Notes under the pieces: model-generated
Told to the model about the DNA's origin: nothing
Databases searched by the model: none
Seen by the model: the letters and a program-made list of their open reading frames with translations, nothing else
Assembly (NCBI GenBank): GCA_046498225.1
Contig: JAWOBF010000051.1
Coordinates: 1 to 30,877 of the forward strand
Origin: Candidatus Aegiribacteria sp.
GTDB taxonomy: Bacteria; Fermentibacterota; Fermentibacteria; Fermentibacterales; JCC-6
Direction of reading: 5' to 3'
Length of the DNA: 30,877 nt
In this document: positions 26,838 through 30,877 of the stretch, in pieces
How positions within the stretch are numbered: position 1 is the stretch's first letter
How the letters are laid out: each line of letters starts with the position of its first letter
Translations under genes and position numbers: made by a program

Positions 26838-27215
26838 TTAAAATATTGTACCGAAGCTGAGCGTATCCGTGCCGCCGGCCCCGTTCCAGTAAACTACGCA
26901 TTCCACGTTCCTCGCATTGGGGTACAGCGGATCCACCTCGCTTATGTCGAAGTACCTGTTGAATTTGTCTTCTATTGTCTCCGGCGTGGTCTGTCCCAGC
27001 GGCATGGCCGACACGTCCTGGGTGCGGATCTCCTCCAGGCCCTGCCTGGAGAGTTCCATTGCCCTGGTCTGATCGTCCACTATGTCGGACTGTTTGATGA
27101 TGTTGCCGAAGAAATAGCCTACCGCCACCAGAAGAATGGCCAGAAGAACCGAGGCTATCATCACTTCCACGAGGGTGAAACCGCCCCGGCTCCCATCCAC
27201 CTGCAGCTTCATCAT
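26838..27215 (-). CDS. PilV/GspI-like minor prepilin
   Basis: Start MMKLQVDGSRGG|FTLVEVMIASVLL at 27215 with GGAGG RBS. AMELSRQGLEEIR helix and a short beta C-terminus. Confidence 0.85.
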   Translation of the reverse strand: MMKLQVDGSRGGFTLVEVMIASVLLAILLVAVGYFFGNIIKQSDIVDDQTRAMELSRQGLEEIRTQDVSAMPLGQTTPETIEDKFNRYFDISEVDPLYPNARNVECVVYWNGAGGTDTLSFGTIF

Positions 27216-27237
27216 ATTTTTCCTCCATTCATGCATT

Positions 27238-27582
27238 TCATTCATCATTATCGAAATATCTCCTGATCAGCTCTATACCGGTATCGTTCCTTCTTCCTAC
27301 GATAACACGCATCTCCACCATGTCAGGCGGAATATCGTAGACTATTCTCCTTATCCTGTAGGTTTCACCTCCCACTGCCGCGGTGCTGTCGAAAACACCC
27401 GTCACGGGGGGGCGCCCGTCATCCCACCGGGTGAATACGCGGCCGGCGAGAAGCAGGGAGTTCCTGCGTCCCTCCAGTGTCTCCATCCTTCCCATGAAGA
27501 GCATGAGTATCGTGCCGAGAAAAATGAAGACAGCGAGCAGGCCTGAAAACACTCTTGCGAACAGCCTGAAGGATGATCTCAT
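27238..27582 (-). CDS. Small single-pass membrane protein, possibly a degenerate pilin
   Basis: N-terminal TM, starts 1 nt after the upstream stop. The C-terminal GETYRIRRIV...MVEMRVIV resembles a PilV/GspI beta-sheet. No prepilin peptidase motif. Confidence 0.6.
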   Translation of the reverse strand: MRSSFRLFARVFSGLLAVFIFLGTILMLFMGRMETLEGRRNSLLLAGRVFTRWDDGRPPVTGVFDSTAAVGGETYRIRRIVYDIPPDMVEMRVIVGRRNDTGIELIRRYFDNDE

Positions 27583-27583
27583 C

Positions 27584-29029
27584 TCAGCCCGCCCTTCCGA
27601 CCCGGACCCGTCTGTGGGCCCCCGTACCGAATACTCTCAGGCTCCAGAGACCGCCGGCCAGCGATTCTCCGCCGCTTTCGAAGGTGTCCGATTCCAGTAT
27701 CATCTCCAGGCCGTCTCCGTCCAGGGGGTCCAGCTGGACCTCGATGCCCTGCCCCCTGCTGATGATCAGGTCCGGCCCCCTTCCATTGAGCTGGCAGATG
27801 AGCCCGGCGGCCGCAGGCGAAGCCCGACGGGTCTCCCCGGTGTTCTCGGATGCGTAGACCACCTGATCCCGCACCCGGCCCATGACGGAGCCCCTGGAAT
27901 ACCAGAGCCTCCCCAGCCATGGGAGGGGAAGCATCTCCGGGCCGGACGACTCCACGAACCTTCCGCCCAGCAGCACCCTCCACCTGTCGGGACCGCCTTC
28001 CCGTTCCCATCTGCAATTGAGAAGTCCGCTTCCGTCCACCGTACCCCAGGCAAGGAGTCTTTCCCGGGGCAGTGTGTCCAGAAGCACCTCCCCGGTGGAA
28101 CCGCAGCGGAAAGCGAGGCTGTTACGCCCCGCGAACACCAGGTCATCCACGCCATCACTGTTGAAATCGTCTGTAACGGTGGAAAGCACCTCGAACCCGT
28201 CATTCTCCCGAAAGACGGGGCCGGTTTCGCCGAACATGGTGCCCGCATTCAGGAATACCGGTGTGGTTCCGGCCGGGCTGGTGACTTCCTGCATCGAGAG
28301 CGGGTCGGCCGTGAACAGAACGGCCCTGTTGGTCCCGGAAGAGATGAGAAGGGCCGGAGATCCGGTGGAATACCCGGCCGACAGGAACGAACCGTCGTTC
28401 CAGGATGGAAGGTCCAGCTGAAATAGTTCTGTCCCTGCGCCCTCGCCGATCACTGCCAGTTCACCTTCCCCCTCACCTGTTTCAAGGATGAACAGGACGG
28501 GGCCCCCATTTGTCTCAACACCGGCAGCGGAAACTGAAGACGGGTCCCAGCCGGGCAGGACGGCCGCTTCCCGGGAGTTATCGGGGTTCGTCCAGGAGAC
28601 CCGGTCGACCCTGAGCCCCTCCTCGATGCCGCTTATCACGAAGATTGAATTCCCCGCCGCAGCCGCCTGCAGGACGGTATCGCCGGGGGAGTTCCAGGAA
28701 AGCACTTCGGGAGGAGTGTTTGAGAGTTCAACCATGCTGAAGGAGGTGGTCTGTTCATCCAGTGTGTAATCGGGCAGGCTGGAGAACTGGAGAATATCAC
28801 CGTTGGTCAGGTCCCTGCGCAGCATTTCCACTGCGCTCTCCTGGGAGAGCCGGGCCTGAAAGGTCTTCTCCAGTCCGGACTGCCTGTCGAAAAGGCCGGT
28901 GACGTAGCTGAACAGTATGTATACAGAGATCAATATCACCGCCGAGGAGAACGCGAAAAGGGCAACGGCCGTAAAAGGCGTTCTGCCTGACATTCTGGAG
29001 CGGTTCCCTGTATGGATCGTACTTTTCAT
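27584..29029 (-). CDS. Membrane-anchored protein with a PilX-like N-terminal helix and a beta-rich (FG-GAP-like) domain
   Basis: TM segment followed by TFQARLSQESAVE (compare QARFTAEAG in the PilX paralogs). DDFNSDGVDDLV Ca-binding-type motif. The start may be ATG 28993. Confidence 0.65.
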   Translation of the reverse strand: MKSTIHTGNRSRMSGRTPFTAVALFAFSSAVILISVYILFSYVTGLFDRQSGLEKTFQARLSQESAVEMLRRDLTNGDILQFSSLPDYTLDEQTTSFSMVELSNTPPEVLSWNSPGDTVLQAAAAGNSIFVISGIEEGLRVDRVSWTNPDNSREAAVLPGWDPSSVSAAGVETNGGPVLFILETGEGEGELAVIGEGAGTELFQLDLPSWNDGSFLSAGYSTGSPALLISSGTNRAVLFTADPLSMQEVTSPAGTTPVFLNAGTMFGETGPVFRENDGFEVLSTVTDDFNSDGVDDLVFAGRNSLAFRCGSTGEVLLDTLPRERLLAWGTVDGSGLLNCRWEREGGPDRWRVLLGGRFVESSGPEMLPLPWLGRLWYSRGSVMGRVRDQVVYASENTGETRRASPAAAGLICQLNGRGPDLIISRGQGIEVQLDPLDGDGLEMILESDTFESGGESLAGGLWSLRVFGTGAHRRVRVGRAG

Positions 29030-29041
29030 ACCGAATATAGA

Positions 29042-29057
29042 TGCAATAAGCTTGCCA
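29042..29057 (-). promoter_or_regulatory. sigma54 (-24/-12) promoter of the pilin cluster
   Basis: Minus strand TGGCAAGCTTATTGCA versus consensus TGGCACG-N4-TTGCW, with exact GG-N10-GC spacing. Confidence 0.75.
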
Positions 29058-29129
29058 GTATTGAATCTATATTATAGCCTATTTATTACAGGTAAATTGC
29101 GTAATTATAAGATCGCTCCGCTGGAAACA

Positions 29130-29164
29130 TGCAAGCCTCTGCACATTGTATGCACCTTCCTGCA
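29130..29164. promoter_or_regulatory. Phased TGCA repeats, candidate upstream activator sequence
   Basis: TGCA at 29130, 29140, 29151 and 29161 (10/11/10-bp period), about 100-135 bp upstream of the predicted sigma54 start. Confidence 0.45.
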
Positions 29165-29167
29165 GTT

Positions 29168-30190
29168 TCAGCCCAGCAGGTCCGATTCCGTGGTCTCCCG
29201 CAGTCCGGCCCTCTCAATCGTGCTCCTGGCGTGGGCCAGACCTACGTAGAACCTTCTGGAGTAGAGTTCGTAGTCGTCCCTCAGCCTCGGCGGTGTCATG
29301 TTCACCGTGATGACGTTGGCGCCTGCCTGGAAACACATCAGCTGCCCCCCCTTCCTGAGCCTTTCGAAGGTGCTTGTGGCGGGTATCAGCGTGTCCCTGA
29401 GAAAAAGTCTCATCGCGGCTATGAACCGCAGGCCGAGGTCGACGTCCCCGGCCGGATGGTCGGCCAGCGGGGTCCCCTCAGCGGGCAGGAACACAGCCAC
29501 GCTGGACATGTCCACCTGAAGCCGCTCCATCAGCAGCAGGTCTTCCACCAGTGTATCCACCGTCTGACCGGGCAGCCCCAGCAGAGGGCCGGAACCTATG
29601 TGGTACCGGTGTTCCCTCAGAGTCCGCAGCCAGGCGACCCTCTCCTCGAGTGTGAAACCGGGTTTCATCCTTTCGAACAGCTCCGGGTCGGCGGTCTCGT
29701 GCTTGAGGATGAACTTTCTCGCCCCGGCCTCGTACCACAGGTCCAGGTCGCTCTCCTGATGGACACCTACGCAGAGAAGGACCATCATTCCCATGTCCGA
29801 TATCCTCCCGATGACATCGCCCAGCCAGTCCGCGTTGTATTCCTCGCTCTCCGCAGCCTGAAGGAAGAAGGTCCGAATTCCGTTATCCCGGGCCCTTTCC
29901 GCTATGGAGACTATCTCGTCCGGGTCCAGGGTGAAGCGCTTCGCCAGGGTGTTCTCCACCCTCATTCCGCAGTAAAGGCAGCTGCAGCGGCAGCTGTTGG
30001 CGAATTCCACCACAGCCCGAATAAATGCCTTCCCGCCGAATACACTGTCCCTCATCTCCCTGGCCGCGCGGAAAAGATGCTCCGCTTCCTCATCGGAGGC
30101 CAGCAGCATGGCCCTGAGGTCATCCGGGCTGAAACCTGCGCTGATGCGGCTGTCTATCCATTCACGGTCAATGCTCAATACCATCACCAT
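29168..30190 (-). CDS. hydE: Radical SAM protein, HydE ([FeFe]-hydrogenase maturase)/BioB-PylB-like clade
   Basis: CRCSCLYC (CxxxCxxC), LKHETAD, GLPGQT, IPATST, AGANV, and C-terminal YELY (YxxY) typical of HydE. The start may be ATG 30184. Confidence 0.7.
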   Translation of the reverse strand: MVMVLSIDREWIDSRISAGFSPDDLRAMLLASDEEAEHLFRAAREMRDSVFGGKAFIRAVVEFANSCRCSCLYCGMRVENTLAKRFTLDPDEIVSIAERARDNGIRTFFLQAAESEEYNADWLGDVIGRISDMGMMVLLCVGVHQESDLDLWYEAGARKFILKHETADPELFERMKPGFTLEERVAWLRTLREHRYHIGSGPLLGLPGQTVDTLVEDLLLMERLQVDMSSVAVFLPAEGTPLADHPAGDVDLGLRFIAAMRLFLRDTLIPATSTFERLRKGGQLMCFQAGANVITVNMTPPRLRDDYELYSRRFYVGLAHARSTIERAGLRETTESDLLG

Positions 30191-30877
30191 TCCTTCTTCC
30201 GGACCTGACAGCCCTCAGCGCCTTATCCGCGTCGGGGACCCTGCCGGTCCATATCTCGAACGACCCGGCCGCCTGAAAGACCAGCATGGTTTCACCGGTG
30301 AACACGATGACGCCGCTTTCCGCCAGCCGGTTCCTCCAGCTCCAGTCCGGGTTGTAGTTGAGGTCCAGAAAAGTAGTGCCGGCCATGGACGGCGGCGAGA
30401 CCGGGAAATCATCCCCGTCCACCCATCCAAGGGTGGTGGCGTTCACCACCGTTCCTCCGGTGGAGCGCTGAAGCTTCCCCTCCAGCTCGCGCAGGGGCCT
30501 GGCTTCGGCCAGCCCCCTCCAGCCGCCGGGGTTCCTGCAGAACACCGTCCGTTCAATATCCAGCCCGGCAAGCGCCAGGTCCGCTGCCAGCGCGCCCCCC
30601 CCGCACCCAACCAGGAAAAAAGGTTCTTTCAGACTGAGCCTGTCAACGCAGCGGCGAAATCCGTACGCATCCGTATTGAAACCGCGCAGGACCCCGCCGG
30701 AGTGTTCCAGGGTGTTCACAGCGCCCAGCCGGAGGGCGTCCCCTTCCAGTTCATCGCACAGACCGGCCGACTCCATCTTGTAGGGGAAGGTCACGTTCAA
30801 ACCTCTGATACCGCCGCTGAAGAGTTCGGCCAGGCTACTCTCCAGTGTTCCCGGCCTTACCGGGAAAGCAGAGTATT
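30168..30877 (-). CDS. aroE: Shikimate dehydrogenase (5' part outside the window)
   Basis: Frame is open to the window edge (YSAFPV...IRGLNVTFPYK). GAVNTL, GFNTD, GCGGGA, VNATTLG, DLNYNP, MLVFQA. Confidence 0.88.
   Translation of the reverse strand, partial: YSAFPVRPGTLESSLAELFSGGIRGLNVTFPYKMESAGLCDELEGDALRLGAVNTLEHSGGVLRGFNTDAYGFRRCVDRLSLKEPFFLVGCGGGALAADLALAGLDIERTVFCRNPGGWRGLAEARPLRELEGKLQRSTGGTVVNATTLGWVDGDDFPVSPPSMAGTTFLDLNYNPDWSWRNRLAESGVIVFTGETMLVFQAAGSFEIWTGRVPDADKALRAVRSGRRNGDGIEH

Noticed and set aside
29071..29110. TATAAT hexamers as the pilin operon sigma70 promoter
   Set aside because: No matching -35 at 16-18 bp for the 29071-29076 copy. The sigma54 box is a better fit, though not proven.
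29168..30190. Biotin synthase BioB or pyrrolysine PylB
   Set aside because: HETAD, IPATST and YxxY fit HydE better, and no bio or pyl genes are adjacent.
3572..30208. Many long antisense ORFs (e.g. 3572-4498, 9546-10541, 10746-11912, 15468-16424, 24171-25139, 27383-28426, 29129-30208)
   Set aside because: Expected in GC-rich DNA opposite real genes. No recognisable motifs.

Overview
GC-rich window from a diderm (LPS-making) bacterium. The LpxC-FabZ fusion and a Bacteroidota-like LysS insertion suggest the FCB superphylum (inference). Bases 1-16430 are one long, tightly coupled minus-strand housekeeping/envelope cluster: prfB (programmed +1 frameshift)-lysS-lolC/E-lolD-clpC-bamA-skp-lpxD-lpxC/fabZ-lpxA-DUF5683-like-ECF sigma-zinc anti-sigma-a probable outer-membrane protein missed by the ORF track. 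Bases 16560-20087 are a divergent plus-strand unit: CPA2 cation/H+ antiporter, a PTS EIIA + PII-like fusion, and an archaeal-type SHMT-like PLP enzyme. Bases 20083-21281 hold a low-GC HUH/Y1 (RAYT-like) transposase with a C-terminal HTH. It is bracketed by ~80-bp inverted ends, each built from two tandem 38-bp hairpin-forming units, and sits exactly between two convergent stop codons. Bases 21283-29029 are a six-gene minor type IV pilin-like cluster (three PilX-like proteins, PilV-like, an 841-aa PilW-like multi-domain protein and a small membrane protein). Upstream lie a near-consensus sigma54 promoter and phased TGCA repeats. The window ends with a HydE-like radical SAM gene and a 5'-truncated aroE. 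All family calls come from motif recognition by eye; no database searches were run.
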